Source: Opitutia bacterium (lineage in GTDB: Bacteria; Verrucomicrobiota; Verrucomicrobiia; Opitutales; Opitutaceae). From it: a stretch of DNA of 64,000 nucleotides. The stretch spans positions 863,754 to 927,753 of the forward strand of contig CANJVR010000001.1 of assembly GCA_947478395.1 (NCBI GenBank), read 5' to 3'. Below are positions 20,282 through 31,350 of the stretch, piece by piece. The notes beneath the pieces are model-generated. The model was not told where the DNA came from and did no database searches. It worked only from the letters and a program-made list of their open reading frames with translations. A program made the position numbers and the translations under genes. Positions within the stretch are counted from its first letter, which is position 1, and every line of letters starts with the position of its first letter.

Positions 20282-21718
20282 TCAAAGCCCCGCGAGCCGG
20301 GTGTCGGCGTCGCCGAAGCGCGGGAGCTGAACGCCCACGCGATCCATCAGCGAGAGATACAGACTGCAGAGTTTGCGGTTGTCGTCGCCCTTGGCCGTGT
20401 AGTCGAGCGTGCGGCCCGTTTCCAATGTGCCGCCAAAACCGCCGAGCGTGAGGATCGGCAGTTTGGTGTTGTCGTGGCGCGAACCCGAAAACATCGACGA
20501 AAGATAAAGCAGGCAGGTGTTGTCGAGGACCGTGCCCTGGCCTTCGGGCATCGAGTCGAGCCGCGAAGCGAGATAGGCGAGATTGCTGACGTAGTACCGG
20601 GAAATCTTCTCGTAGCCCTCGGAGAGATCGTCGTGCGAAGCCCCGTGGTGCGCGTTGCGGACGCCGAGGAACGGATAATAAAGCCCCGAGAAATCGCGAC
20701 AGAGCACGAGCGACGCGATGCGCGTCTTGTCGGTTTGGAAACCGAGCGCGACGATGTCGCACATCAGGCGCATGTGTTCGCGGATATCTTCGGGCAGACC
20801 GTTGTCGGGCCGTTTCATCGTGATGAGCGGCTGGCTGGCGCCCTGCGCGTTTTCCTGCGCCTTGTTCGCCTCGACGCGCATGCGGTCGACGCGTTTCTCT
20901 ACTTCGCGCACGCTGGTCAGGTACTCTTCGAGCTTCTGGTTGTCCTCGGCGCTGATCTTTCGGCTCAGGCTCGAGGCGTCGTCCTTCACACGATCGATGA
21001 CGCTCTGCATGCGCTTGCTGCCGCGATTTTCGAACAGGCTGTCGAACGCGAGCGAGGGATAAACTTCCATCGGCACCGGTGAATCCGCGCTCTGCCACGA
21101 AATATGCGAGCTGTATGCCATCGAGAAATTTGTCTCGTGATATCCGGACATCGGTTGCTCGCACCCGAGCACCAAGCTGGGCTGCATCGTTTCCTGGCCC
21201 AAGCGATTCGCGAGCACTTGATCGACGCTGATACCGCTGCGCAGCACCGCACCGCGCATGAGCGGCATGCCGGTGAGAATATTGCCGGTCTGGCCCGGAT
21301 GGATACCCACGCCGACGGCCGGCCGGTTGAACACGCCATCGATCACGTTGAGTTTTTTCTTCAGCGGCGCGAGCGGCTCAAGCGATTTGCTCAGCTCCAT
21401 GTCCGCGCCGTTGCCCTTGGCCCACCAGTGCTCCGGGTTGATGCCGCAGCCCATGAAAACAGCGGCGAAACGTTGAGGATACGGCCGGGCCGGTGGCGTC
21501 GCTCCATCCGGATTTGCCGGCGCAGCAGACGGCGTCGAGGCAGCCAACGCAGGGAGTGAGTCCAGGAACGGCAGCGCCATCACCACGCCCGTGCCGCGGA
21601 GGAACCGGCGGCGGCTGAGCGCGCCGATGTTCGTCGGCTGGACGTACGGCCGCATGGGCCGGTTGGAATCGAGGCCGAGCTCCTCGGGTGAATGATCGTC
21701 GTCGAAATCGTGGGACAT
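20282..21718 (-). CDS. DUF1552 domain protein, Tat-exported
   Basis: SRRRFLRG; GIHPGQTGN; GYHETNFSMAYSSHISW; HHGASHD; TVLDN...RHDN. Start placed at the ATG at 21718. Confidence 0.92.
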   Translation of the reverse strand: MSHDFDDDHSPEELGLDSNRPMRPYVQPTNIGALSRRRFLRGTGVVMALPFLDSLPALAASTPSAAPANPDGATPPARPYPQRFAAVFMGCGINPEHWWAKGNGADMELSKSLEPLAPLKKKLNVIDGVFNRPAVGVGIHPGQTGNILTGMPLMRGAVLRSGISVDQVLANRLGQETMQPSLVLGCEQPMSGYHETNFSMAYSSHISWQSADSPVPMEVYPSLAFDSLFENRGSKRMQSVIDRVKDDASSLSRKISAEDNQKLEEYLTSVREVEKRVDRMRVEANKAQENAQGASQPLITMKRPDNGLPEDIREHMRLMCDIVALGFQTDKTRIASLVLCRDFSGLYYPFLGVRNAHHGASHDDLSEGYEKISRYYVSNLAYLASRLDSMPEGQGTVLDNTCLLYLSSMFSGSRHDNTKLPILTLGGFGGTLETGRTLDYTAKGDDNRKLCSLYLSLMDRVGVQLPRFGDADTRLAGL

Positions 21719-21764
21719 GGCGAAAGGGGGTTGGAAATTAGGCGGGGGCGAACGGAGGCGGCGT

Positions 21765-24700
21765 TCAGTTATTCGAGGCCGTTTTGATCGGACTCGGGAC
21801 CGGCGCACGCTTGTTGAGAAATTGCGGGCTGGTCACGAGGGTTTCGATGAGCGCACCGAAGCGGTTATTTTCGGCGGCCAGCTTGGACTTCATCTGGTCG
21901 AGCAACGGACCGTCGGACATGATCAACGTGCGACCGAGTCCGTAGGTGAGAAGTTTGTTCGTGAGATTATCGACAAAATCGCGTTCGCGGTGGCCGCGGA
22001 TGAAATCGCGCAGACCGGCGAGGCCCGTGCCGTTGACCCCGCCCGGAAATTCGGCCCGCGCATCAATCGCGTGACCGGCAAAATCTTTTTCCCGCCGCTC
22101 GCCGATGGCGCCGAAGCCCTCAAACACCAAGCCGTAGGAATCGAACCGCGCGTGACAGCTCGCGCACACGGGATTTTCGCGATGTTTGGACAATGTCTCG
22201 CGCAGCGTGAGCTCGCCGAGACTTTTTTCGTCGGCCGGCAAAACGGGCACGTTCGGCGGTGGCGGCGGAATGCGTTCGCCCAGGACCCGGCGCACGACCC
22301 AATAGCCGCGCTTGACGGGACTCGTCCGCAACCCCGGCGAATTCGCAGTCAGAAAAACCGCCATCGGCAACAGCCCGCCGCGCTCGAAGCGACCGGCTTG
22401 CTCCACCCGCACCCAGGCATCGTTCGTGAAGTCGCCCGGCATGGCGTAGTGTTTCGCGAGCGACGCGTTCACGAAGGTGTAGTCGCCGTAGAGAAAATTC
22501 TGCACCGGACGATCCTGCTGCACGAGGTCGACGATGAAACGGATCGGCTCCTCGAACATTGCCTGGCGAAGATCGTTGTCGAAGCTCGGAAAACGCTCGC
22601 GATCCACCGCGTTGTGCTCCTCAAAGCGGCGGAAATCGAGCCAGTGGCCGGCGAATTCTGTGGCGAGATTCCGGATACGAGCATCCTTCAGCATGCGGCG
22701 CGTCTGGGCTACGAGCACGGCGGGAAGATGGAGATCGCCCGCGGCGGCGTGCGCGAGCAGTTCCTGATCGGGCATACTCGACCAGAGAAAATAACTCAGC
22801 CGGCTCGCCAACGCGTAGTCGGACAACGGCTGCACGGCCATTTTGCCTGGAGCGGTGGCTGGTTTTGCGGCCGCGGGCGCAGCGCTGGCAAATTGCGCCG
22901 AAGCCATCACGACGTTGGCGCGAGGCGAGCCTGCGTTTGACGTCATGTTCCGTCCGCCTGCCCCGCCGGCCGCTTCGACAAGATCGATGCGATAACAGAA
23001 ATTCGGCGACATCAGCACGCGGACAATGCAATCGCGCATCGCATCCTCATGACCGAGGCTGTTCGCCTCGCGGGCGTCGCGGTAGAAGGCGAGCAGATCG
23101 TCTCGTTCCTTCGCGGTGAGCGGCCGGCGCCAGGCACGCTCCGCGAAATCCTGCAACGATTTGAGGTGGCTGGGCACCGCGGCCTGGCGGGTCTCCTCCA
23201 GCCAATGAATGTCGGCGAGCGTCCGGGCAAAATGCTCCTTGCTGGCCTCGAGCGCGACGCCCTTCAGGTTTGCCTGCCGCGCCAGCGTGAGCTCGGCGAG
23301 TTTCTTGATCATTTCCTCCGACGCAGCCTCGTGATTCTCGGGCCGGAATTGATCGAAGCCCTCGCCGCGCAACGAGCCGCCTTCGCCGCTGAGAAACGCC
23401 AGGTGCATGCGCGGTGCGACCGCCGCGTTGAAATAAAAAACGTCCCACAGCTTATCGAGTTCGCGGCGTGAAGCGTCGTCCAACACGAGCTCCGCCAGCG
23501 GACCATCGTCGCGGAAATAGCCAGTCTGCGCGTGCAAGCCGGCGCTGAGGAGGCGGCCTTCGAGCGTCGCCTCGGTTTCAGCATCCTGAAAAACCCGCGC
23601 GCGTTCGCTGATGAAAAATGCGTCGGGAAAAATGCTGGCGAAGCGAGCGAATCCGGCCTCGTGACGGCCGCGCTCCGCCTGGTCTTCGGGCACAATGAGA
23701 TCCGGGTCCGCCGAGGTACCGCGCTTTTTCGCGCGGGCCAGTTGAGCCGTGACGGACGAGGTGGCGGTAACGACGGGTGCGTTAAGAAACACGCCGCCAT
23801 ATTTCACGATGTCCGGAGTCTTTGGGAGCGGTCCACCCGCTTTGCGCGCGGGCTGGGCCGCGAGCGCGAGATCGGCGATTTCCAACGCGGAAAGCGCTCG
23901 GCCATCGGCCGCGGTTTTCGCCACGGGCGCGGCCGGAGTGCCCAAACCGGCGGCGAGCTTTTCACCGACTTTCGGCGTCGCCAAAATTCCGGTGGTCGGC
24001 GCCTTGTCGAGCGCAGCCAATGCGCCGCCGGCCGCAGCGGCTGGAACCAATGCCCCGGAGCCAAGCTCGGGCAAATTGGCCGCAAGCGTGGGCACACCCG
24101 CACGCAGACGTGAAGCATCGAGCACGCGACGATTAGCCGCCATTTGTCGATCCTTCCAAAGCACGGCCGGCTGCGAGCCGCCACCGAATCCACCGCCGCC
24201 CAAATTTGGCACGTTCGGCACGAGTTGATCGCGCAAATTCAGGACCCAGTCGCGCAATTGCCCGGCGCGGGCGCGCATCGCCGCGGGATCGGTCGCAGCC
24301 GGCACCGGCCACGCGCGCCACGCGGCCTGCAATTTGGCGATGGGGCCGACTTGCTCGGCGGGGTCGTTTAGGGCCGACCAGATCGTGTTGAGATATTTGG
24401 CGCTGACGTTCGTTTCCTTCGCGATATCCGTGAGCGTGACCTGCGGACGCCCCATTTCGGCACGGTGCTGGAAGCGCCAGGCAGCGAGGAAATATTCGCC
24501 GAAATCCGTGGGCTGCCGCAGGTAGAAATCGACGATGCGCAGGACAGAATACTTGTCGCGGTCGTTATCATCGAGCATCGGATGCGGCGCAAAAGTGAAA
24601 CCCTCCGGCTGCAGCACCAGATTGTCCGCAACCAGTTTGGCGGCGGCGAAATATTTTTTAACCAGCGCCGGCGACATCGTGAGCGACTCACCGGTGTTGT

Positions 24701-25235
24701 CGAAGCCGGCCTGATTCGCGGGATCGACGGGAAATTCCTTCGTAGGGCGAAGATCGACGCCGGTGAGATCGCGGATGGTGTAGTCGTACTCGGCGTTGTT
24801 CAGGCGCCGGGCCAAGACGGGGCCGGGATCGCCCAGGTGTTTGTCCGTCTCGTTTTTGCGGAGCGCCTGAATCCACGCCACGATTTCAGCTGATTGCCTG
24901 GCGGCGGGATGTTTTTTCGCTTTTTCCGGCGGCATTTCGCCCGCTTCGAGTCGCTCCTGAATCAACTCCCAATAACTGAATCCAGACACGACATTTGGTA
25001 ACGTCGCAAACGCGCTCAGGTCGAGATCGGCCTCGGGCTTGTCTTTGCCGTGACAGGAAACGCAGTACGTCGCGACGAACGGGTGAACCGTTTTGTTGAA
25101 GCCCTGCTCGAGGGCGGCGTCGGTGAGCGCGGGAGCGGATGCAGCCGCGCCGAAGGCGAAGGGCGCGAGGCCAACAAATAGAGCAACGCCGAGCACCGTT
25201 GGCACAGGAAAAACATTCATTCGTGACAGCTTCAT
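21765..25235 (-). CDS. Long-form DUF1592/DUF1588 di-heme cytochrome c protein
   Basis: CVSCH; RRLNNAEYDYTIRDL; LASRLSYFLWSSMPD; TSPVKRG; CASCH. Start could be 25250 (TTG), 25235 or 25220. Confidence 0.92.
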   Translation of the reverse strand: MKLSRMNVFPVPTVLGVALFVGLAPFAFGAAASAPALTDAALEQGFNKTVHPFVATYCVSCHGKDKPEADLDLSAFATLPNVVSGFSYWELIQERLEAGEMPPEKAKKHPAARQSAEIVAWIQALRKNETDKHLGDPGPVLARRLNNAEYDYTIRDLTGVDLRPTKEFPVDPANQAGFDNTGESLTMSPALVKKYFAAAKLVADNLVLQPEGFTFAPHPMLDDNDRDKYSVLRIVDFYLRQPTDFGEYFLAAWRFQHRAEMGRPQVTLTDIAKETNVSAKYLNTIWSALNDPAEQVGPIAKLQAAWRAWPVPAATDPAAMRARAGQLRDWVLNLRDQLVPNVPNLGGGGFGGGSQPAVLWKDRQMAANRRVLDASRLRAGVPTLAANLPELGSGALVPAAAAGGALAALDKAPTTGILATPKVGEKLAAGLGTPAAPVAKTAADGRALSALEIADLALAAQPARKAGGPLPKTPDIVKYGGVFLNAPVVTATSSVTAQLARAKKRGTSADPDLIVPEDQAERGRHEAGFARFASIFPDAFFISERARVFQDAETEATLEGRLLSAGLHAQTGYFRDDGPLAELVLDDASRRELDKLWDVFYFNAAVAPRMHLAFLSGEGGSLRGEGFDQFRPENHEAASEEMIKKLAELTLARQANLKGVALEASKEHFARTLADIHWLEETRQAAVPSHLKSLQDFAERAWRRPLTAKERDDLLAFYRDAREANSLGHEDAMRDCIVRVLMSPNFCYRIDLVEAAGGAGGRNMTSNAGSPRANVVMASAQFASAAPAAAKPATAPGKMAVQPLSDYALASRLSYFLWSSMPDQELLAHAAAGDLHLPAVLVAQTRRMLKDARIRNLATEFAGHWLDFRRFEEHNAVDRERFPSFDNDLRQAMFEEPIRFIVDLVQQDRPVQNFLYGDYTFVNASLAKHYAMPGDFTNDAWVRVEQAGRFERGGLLPMAVFLTANSPGLRTSPVKRGYWVVRRVLGERIPPPPPNVPVLPADEKSLGELTLRETLSKHRENPVCASCHARFDSYGLVFEGFGAIGERREKDFAGHAIDARAEFPGGVNGTGLAGLRDFIRGHRERDFVDNLTNKLLTYGLGRTLIMSDGPLLDQMKSKLAAENNRFGALIETLVTSPQFLNKRAPVPSPIKTASNN

Positions 25236-25268
25236 TAAATATTTAATCAAAATTCCCGGCGCTAACCG

Positions 25269-26633
25269 TTACAGCCCAGCCAAGCGGTTATCGGCATCGC
25301 CAAAGCGATCGAGCTTCACGCCCATGCGGTCCATGATACCCAAATAAAGACTGCTTACTTTGCGGTTTTCATCCCCCGCTTCCAAGTAGTCCAACGCCCG
25401 TCCGGTCTTGAGCGTGCCGCCCAGTCCACCTGCGGTCACAATCGGCAACTTCTTGTTATCATGCCGCGTGCCGGAAAACATGTTCGACATGAACATGAGG
25501 CAGGAGTTGTCGAGGACCGTGCCCTCGCCTTCCGGCATGGCGTCGAGTTTCTTGGCGAGGTAGGCCATCTGGCTCAGATGGAAACGTGCGATGCGCTCGT
25601 AGCCCTCGGACGTATCGGTGTGCGAGGCGCCATGGTGCGCGCCGTTCACGTTGAGAAACGGATAAGTGAGCGACGACAAATCGCGGGCGAGAATCAGGGA
25701 AGCCACGCGGGTCTTGTCGGTTTGGAATGCCAGGGCGACGATGTCGCACATCAGGCGCGTGTGTTCGCGGAAATCTTCCGGCAGTCCGTTCTCGGGCCGT
25801 TTCATGGTGAACAGTGCCTTGCCGGACACACTGGCGCGCTCCTCGGCCTTTGACTTGTCGGCGCGCATCCGATCGATGCTGCGTTCGACGTCGCGGACAC
25901 TCGTTAGGTATTCGTCGAGCTTGGCGTTGTCGGACGCGCTGATCTGCCGGCTCAATTTCGCGGCCCGGTCCTTGACGCGGTCGAGGACGCTGATGTTGCG
26001 CGCCTGACCGCGGTTCTCGAAGAGACTGTCGAAGGCCAGCGAGGGGTACATTTCGTTCGGCACCGGCGAATCGGCGGTCTGCCAGGAAATGTGCGAGCTG
26101 TAGGCGTTCGAAAAATTCGACTCGTGGTAGCCGGTCATCGGCTGCTCGCAGGCGAGCACCATGCTGGATTGAATCGTGTTTTGTCCCACGGTGTTCGCGA
26201 TGACCTGATCCATGCTGATGCCGCTGTGGATGATCGCGCCTTTGCGGAACGGTACGCCGGTGAGCAGATTGCCGGTTTGCGCCGGATGAATGCCCTGGCC
26301 CGTGGCCGACTTCGTGTAGAGACCGTGGATGACGTTGATCTTGGTCTTGATCGAATCGAGCGGTTCGAGCGTTTTGCCGAGCTCCATGTCGGCCCCGGAG
26401 CCCTTGGCCCACCAATGATCGGGATTAACGCCGCAGCCCATGAACATCACGGCAAAGCGCTGGGGCAGCGCCGGGCTTTGGCCGTCCAAAGCCTTGGCCG
26501 CGGGCACCGCGGCCCCGAACACCGGCAGCGACTCGAGCCACGGCAACGCCATCGTCACGCCGACACCTTGTAAAAATGTGCGCCGGGTAAAATCGGGTGC
26601 CTGACCAGTGAACGAGCTGAGTTTTTTGTTCAT
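25269..26633 (-). CDS. DUF1552 domain protein, Tat-exported
   Basis: TRRTFLQG; GIHPAQTGN; GYHESNFSNAYSSHISW; HHGASHT. Start placed at the ATG at 26633. Confidence 0.92.
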   Translation of the reverse strand: MNKKLSSFTGQAPDFTRRTFLQGVGVTMALPWLESLPVFGAAVPAAKALDGQSPALPQRFAVMFMGCGVNPDHWWAKGSGADMELGKTLEPLDSIKTKINVIHGLYTKSATGQGIHPAQTGNLLTGVPFRKGAIIHSGISMDQVIANTVGQNTIQSSMVLACEQPMTGYHESNFSNAYSSHISWQTADSPVPNEMYPSLAFDSLFENRGQARNISVLDRVKDRAAKLSRQISASDNAKLDEYLTSVRDVERSIDRMRADKSKAEERASVSGKALFTMKRPENGLPEDFREHTRLMCDIVALAFQTDKTRVASLILARDLSSLTYPFLNVNGAHHGASHTDTSEGYERIARFHLSQMAYLAKKLDAMPEGEGTVLDNSCLMFMSNMFSGTRHDNKKLPIVTAGGLGGTLKTGRALDYLEAGDENRKVSSLYLGIMDRMGVKLDRFGDADNRLAGL

Positions 26634-26638
26634 GGGGA

Positions 26639-29600
26639 TTACTGGGCGGCGAGGTCGGCCCGCGCTCGCTTGTTGAGAAACTGGGGACTGGTCACGATGC
26701 CTTCGATCACACTCTCGAAATGGTAGCCATTGGCAATGAGCTTGGCGCTCAGATCCTGGATCAGCAGATCGTCTGAGGGGATCAAACTGCGGCCGAGCGC
26801 GAACGCGACGAGTTTGCCGCACAGGTTGTCGACGAAATCGTTCTGCCGGCGATCTTGGATATATTTCTTCAAACCGACCATGCCCGCGCCGGTGGCGCCG
26901 CCCGGGAACGTCGCACTCGCGTCGATCGGCCGGCCCGCGAGATCTTTTTCCCGTCGTTCGCCAATCGGGCCAAATCCTTCGAAGACCAGCCCGAGCGCAT
27001 CGAAGCGGTCATGGCAGCTGGCGCAGGCGGGATTATCCCGGTGGCGCGCAAGCATGTCACGCAAGGGCAAATCCAAGTGCGCTTCATCGCGCGCCAGCTC
27101 GGGCACATTGGGCGGCGGGGGCGGGATGCGTTCGCCGAGGACATTTTTTACGACCCAATTGCCGCGCTTGACCGGACTCGTGCGCAGGCCGGGCGCGTTC
27201 TTCGTGAGGAACGCCGCCATGGGCAACACGCCACCGCGGTCGTAGCGGTTGGCCTCTTCGACCCGCACCCAGTCGGCTGGATTTTTCCCGGTGACAGGCA
27301 TGCCATAGTGTTTCGCGAGCGCGGGATTAACGAACGTGTCGTTGGCGTAGAGGAAATCGAGGACGGAGCGGTTGTGCTGAAAAACATCCTGCAGAAAACG
27401 CACGGGCTCCTCGTACATCGCCTTGCGCAAATCGTCGTTGAAGGACGCAAACCGCTCACGATCGACCGTCGCCAGACCTTCGAAGCGGCGGAAATCGAGC
27501 CAATTGCCGCCGAACTCGACGGCGAGTCCGCGCACCTTTTGATCTTTAAGCATCCGCTTCGCTTGAGCGGCGACGACCTTAGGCTGGTGCAAATCGCCCG
27601 CGGCGGCATGCGCCAATAATTCAGCATCGGGCACGCTCGACCACAGGAAGTAGCTGAGCCGGCTGGCTAGATCGAAGTCAGACAACGCGTGCACGCCCTT
27701 GTCGGATTCCAAGCGGTCGAGCCGGTAGCAAAAATCCGGGGCCATCAACACACTCACGATGCCGTCGCGCATCGCCGCCTCGTGATCGAGGCCTTCTTTG
27801 CGGGCGGTCAGGTAAAAAGCTTTTAGTTCGTCGCGCTCCTCTTTGGCCAACGGCCGCCGATACGCGCGCGCCGCGAACTGTTGCAACGCCTCGAGATGGC
27901 TGGGCTCGGCCGCGAGCCGGTCTTTCTCTGTCCGACGCAAAGTGGAATTAATCCCCGTGAAATAATCATCGATGGCTTTGAGTCCCCGCTCATCGCCCCC
28001 GGCCGCTTGCGCCAGAAAATTCGCCCTTTGGCGCTCAATCGCACTCTCGGTGGTGATGTCCTTGGTCCCCGGAATGGTGGGCGGCTCGATCGCATCTTCC
28101 TTCGGGGCCTTCGGGTCCTTCGTGGCCGCGGCGACGTCGCGATTACGCTGCTGGCCCGGGTTGAATTGAATGTACATGCGCTCGGTCGTCGAGGCGATGA
28201 AGTCCATGTTCACCCACATCGCATCCAGTTCCTTGCGCTGTTTGTCGTCGAGGATCAGCTCGGCGAGCGGCTGGTCGTCGCGGAAATAGCCCATGTTGCT
28301 GTGAAACCCGGCGCTCAAATAGCGCCCGCGGTCCTTGCTCGTATCGAAATAATTCCGCCCGCGTTCCTCCATGTAGAACTTATCCGGGAAAACCCGGCAG
28401 AATTTCGCAAACGCGGCTTCATAGCGTTCGCGCTGACCCGCCGGCACCACGAGGTCGGGATCGCCCACCTCGTTCTTGATCGGTCGCGTGCGGCCGGGCC
28501 CGAATTCGCCGGCGGCGCCGAGTTCATTGGCGACGTCCAGCAGCGGAGTGAGCGGTTCGCCTTCGACCTGCAGCTGCCCCGGATCGAAGGTCATGCGGTG
28601 CGTCGCGTACTGGACGTTTTTCCAAATCATCATCGTCTGGGAGCCGGAGTTAATGCCACCCGCCGCAATGTTCAGGAACCGAGGCTCAACCTTTGCGCGC
28701 AGCTTTACGACGTAGTCGCGCATCCGTCCGCAGGCATCGCGCACCGCTTGTTCGCCATCAGCCAAGGTCGGCGCGGGCAGGCCGCGCCACAGCGTTTGTA
28801 ATGTCGCGAGCGGCCCCACTTCCTCTTGCGAGCCTTCGAGCGCGGCCCAGACCGTGGCCAAATACTTCGGGCTGACTTTGCGCTCGGCGGCGATGTCCTC
28901 CAGCTTCACCGCGGACCGGCCGAGGGCTGCACGATTTTTATAGGTCCACGCGGCCTGAAAATAATCGGAGAGATTGATGTTCTGCCGATGATAAAAATCG
29001 ATGATCTGCATCACGCAGTACTGATCTCGATCGGTCTCGACCAGCATCGGAGTCGGCGCAAACGCAAAGCCCTGGGGCTTCAGAAACAGGTGGCTCGCCA
29101 CGTCGCGGGCCGCGGCCAGATATTTTTTAACCAGCGCGGGCGACATCGTCAGCGATTCACCCGAGTTGTCGAAGCCGGCCGTGTTGGACGGATCGACGGG
29201 AAATTCACGCGTCGGTTGGATATCCACGCCCGTGATATCGCGGATGCTGTAATCGTACTCCGAATTACTCAGCCGGCGCGCCAGTACCAGGCCTGGATCG
29301 CCCGCATGTTTCTTCGCGTCGTTTTTCCGGAAATCCTGGATCCAAGTGACAATCTCCGCCCGCTGCTGCGCCGTCGGATGTTTCTTGGCGTCGTCTGGCG
29401 GCATATCGCCCGCCTCGAGCTTCTCCAAAACCAGTTTCCATTGCTCATGATTCCTGGCCACCGCTCCAACGGATGCATAAGCGGTGATATCGAAATCACC
29501 TTTGGGTTTATCTCCCTTGTGGCAGGAAACACAGTAGGTCTCGACGAACGGATGGACCGTGCGACCAAAGCTGCGTGCGAGCGCCGCGTCGGAAGGCGCA

Positions 29601-29665
29601 CTCGCCGCGGCGGCAAAAGCGAGCGGGGTCAAAGCCAGGAAAGCGGCGTAAAAAATTTGGCGCAT
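26639..29665 (-). CDS. Long-form DUF1592/DUF1588 di-heme cytochrome c protein
   Basis: Signal peptide MRQIFYAAFLAL; CVSCH; RRLSNSEYDY; LASRLSYFLWSS; TSPVKRG; CASCH. Confidence 0.92.
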   Translation of the reverse strand: MRQIFYAAFLALTPLAFAAAASAPSDAALARSFGRTVHPFVETYCVSCHKGDKPKGDFDITAYASVGAVARNHEQWKLVLEKLEAGDMPPDDAKKHPTAQQRAEIVTWIQDFRKNDAKKHAGDPGLVLARRLSNSEYDYSIRDITGVDIQPTREFPVDPSNTAGFDNSGESLTMSPALVKKYLAAARDVASHLFLKPQGFAFAPTPMLVETDRDQYCVMQIIDFYHRQNINLSDYFQAAWTYKNRAALGRSAVKLEDIAAERKVSPKYLATVWAALEGSQEEVGPLATLQTLWRGLPAPTLADGEQAVRDACGRMRDYVVKLRAKVEPRFLNIAAGGINSGSQTMMIWKNVQYATHRMTFDPGQLQVEGEPLTPLLDVANELGAAGEFGPGRTRPIKNEVGDPDLVVPAGQRERYEAAFAKFCRVFPDKFYMEERGRNYFDTSKDRGRYLSAGFHSNMGYFRDDQPLAELILDDKQRKELDAMWVNMDFIASTTERMYIQFNPGQQRNRDVAAATKDPKAPKEDAIEPPTIPGTKDITTESAIERQRANFLAQAAGGDERGLKAIDDYFTGINSTLRRTEKDRLAAEPSHLEALQQFAARAYRRPLAKEERDELKAFYLTARKEGLDHEAAMRDGIVSVLMAPDFCYRLDRLESDKGVHALSDFDLASRLSYFLWSSVPDAELLAHAAAGDLHQPKVVAAQAKRMLKDQKVRGLAVEFGGNWLDFRRFEGLATVDRERFASFNDDLRKAMYEEPVRFLQDVFQHNRSVLDFLYANDTFVNPALAKHYGMPVTGKNPADWVRVEEANRYDRGGVLPMAAFLTKNAPGLRTSPVKRGNWVVKNVLGERIPPPPPNVPELARDEAHLDLPLRDMLARHRDNPACASCHDRFDALGLVFEGFGPIGERREKDLAGRPIDASATFPGGATGAGMVGLKKYIQDRRQNDFVDNLCGKLVAFALGRSLIPSDDLLIQDLSAKLIANGYHFESVIEGIVTSPQFLNKRARADLAAQ

Positions 29666-29800
29666 AGGGGAAACGTAGCCCAAAACTAAAAAGTCCGGGC
29701 GGGGCGTGAGGAAGGCGGGGCGTGATCCGTTGCGGCCGAAGTGATTTCGATTGGGGCGATTTTCGGCCGTTTTTTAGTCCCGGTCATATTGGCTAACGCC

Positions 29801-30940
29801 TCATTTGCCATCGGCGCGAAACAAGAGCGGGAGGATTTCGAGCAGCTGCCCGCGAACAAACGCATGGTTATGCACGCCTTCAACCGGATGCCACTGGTGC
29901 TGGATGTGCGTGGCAACGAGCGCGTCGACCAGCTGTTGCGATCCGCTGAAGTGCCCGGGATCTTGGCGTCCGCAACCGATCCAGAGAAGGTCGATCTTGG
30001 CGTTGGTCGCTTTCGGATCGGCGACCAAGTCCGCGTGCTGCGTTTGGAATCCACGATAACCGGACGGGGCCATCGCGCCGATGGAGCTGAACAAATCGAG
30101 ATGACGGAAAAAGATGGAGAGCGATTGTTCGGCTCCCATCGAGAACCCACCCACCGCGCGATGCTGCCGGTCGGCGACCACCCGATACTTCGCCTCGACC
30201 AACGGCATCACATCTTTGAGCAGATAATCTTCGAAGACGGTCGTGTTGTTGCGCGCTCCCGCTCCCTGACCGCCACGTGCACCATAAGGCAGCGCGTGGC
30301 CGTACGGCATCACGACCACCATCGGCACCGCCTTTTTGTCAGCGATGAGATTATCGAGGATCAGGTTCACATTCCCGACATCGATCCAGCCCGCCGGGCG
30401 GTCGTTCGTGCCGTGAAACAGGTAGAACACCGGATAACGCCGCGCGTTTTCCTCACTGTAGCCAGGCGGCGTATAAACCCAGAAGGAGCGCGTCTCGCCC
30501 CCGATTACGGTAGACTTCTGCCAGTTCATCTCGACGGAGCCGTGCGGCACGTCGCGTAGTTCATCGAGGGCCGGCTTATCGGCCAGGACTTCAAAGACGC
30601 TGGCCGAGGTGCGGGCGCGCAGCTTCATCTTCGGATTGATCGGGTCGGCCATCGCGATCCCGTCCACCGTGAACGAATAAATATAGCTGCTCGGGGCCAG
30701 CGGACCCACGGTGACGCTCCACGTGCCGTCGGCGCCTTTTTCCATTTTCTGCGTCGGCAGCCAGTCGGTCGTCAGAGTGACCTCGCTCGCTTTCGGCGCC
30801 GCGATGCGAAACGTCACGCGTCGGTCCGGCAGAACCTCGGGAAACGCCGAGGCTGGAGCCGCAGCCGGTGGCGCTGGCGGAGTCTGGGCCGGGGCAACAA
30901 CGGCCAAGGCAAGCAACAACGTGGGCAGGGCAAGCTTCAT
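29801..30940 (-). CDS. Secreted esterase with N-terminal Ig-like (E-set/CBM48-like) domain, CE1-like
   Basis: Signal peptide; VTFRIAAPKA...GTWSVT...YSFTVDG...DP; VPHG; VYTPPGY; GFSMGA; GVHN. Confidence 0.88.
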   Translation of the reverse strand: MKLALPTLLLALAVVAPAQTPPAPPAAAPASAFPEVLPDRRVTFRIAAPKASEVTLTTDWLPTQKMEKGADGTWSVTVGPLAPSSYIYSFTVDGIAMADPINPKMKLRARTSASVFEVLADKPALDELRDVPHGSVEMNWQKSTVIGGETRSFWVYTPPGYSEENARRYPVFYLFHGTNDRPAGWIDVGNVNLILDNLIADKKAVPMVVVMPYGHALPYGARGGQGAGARNNTTVFEDYLLKDVMPLVEAKYRVVADRQHRAVGGFSMGAEQSLSIFFRHLDLFSSIGAMAPSGYRGFQTQHADLVADPKATNAKIDLLWIGCGRQDPGHFSGSQQLVDALVATHIQHQWHPVEGVHNHAFVRGQLLEILPLLFRADGK

Positions 30941-31350
30941 AGTGGGGTAATCCGATGAACGCGGGAACAGGACGCGAAGACACCCGAAAAGAAGCGGAGG
31001 GCAAAAGCTTTCTAGGAAACGGGCGCTGAATTTCGAAGGGGTACCCCAATCGTTTTGAACAGGGCGACCCCTACCGCGTATTCACGTAAAATCATCTGCC
31101 GCGGCGCTGCGGGGTTAGGGCCACGCCCACCTTTAGCAATCGCTTGATTTTGCGGCGCAAAAAACCCCGTCGCCACTGTTACAGTTAACGAAGACTTCAG
31201 ATTTTCGCTCGCTCCAATTCCTGCAATCGCTGCAAATCGCGCGGAACGTCATCTACCTCACCCCCGTCAGAGCGTGTTCCGCCGCCCCTTGAAGCTTCTT
31301 CCATCGAGTGACTCCGCTCGTCCGACGGATTCGCCGTCAAATTTTCCCCT

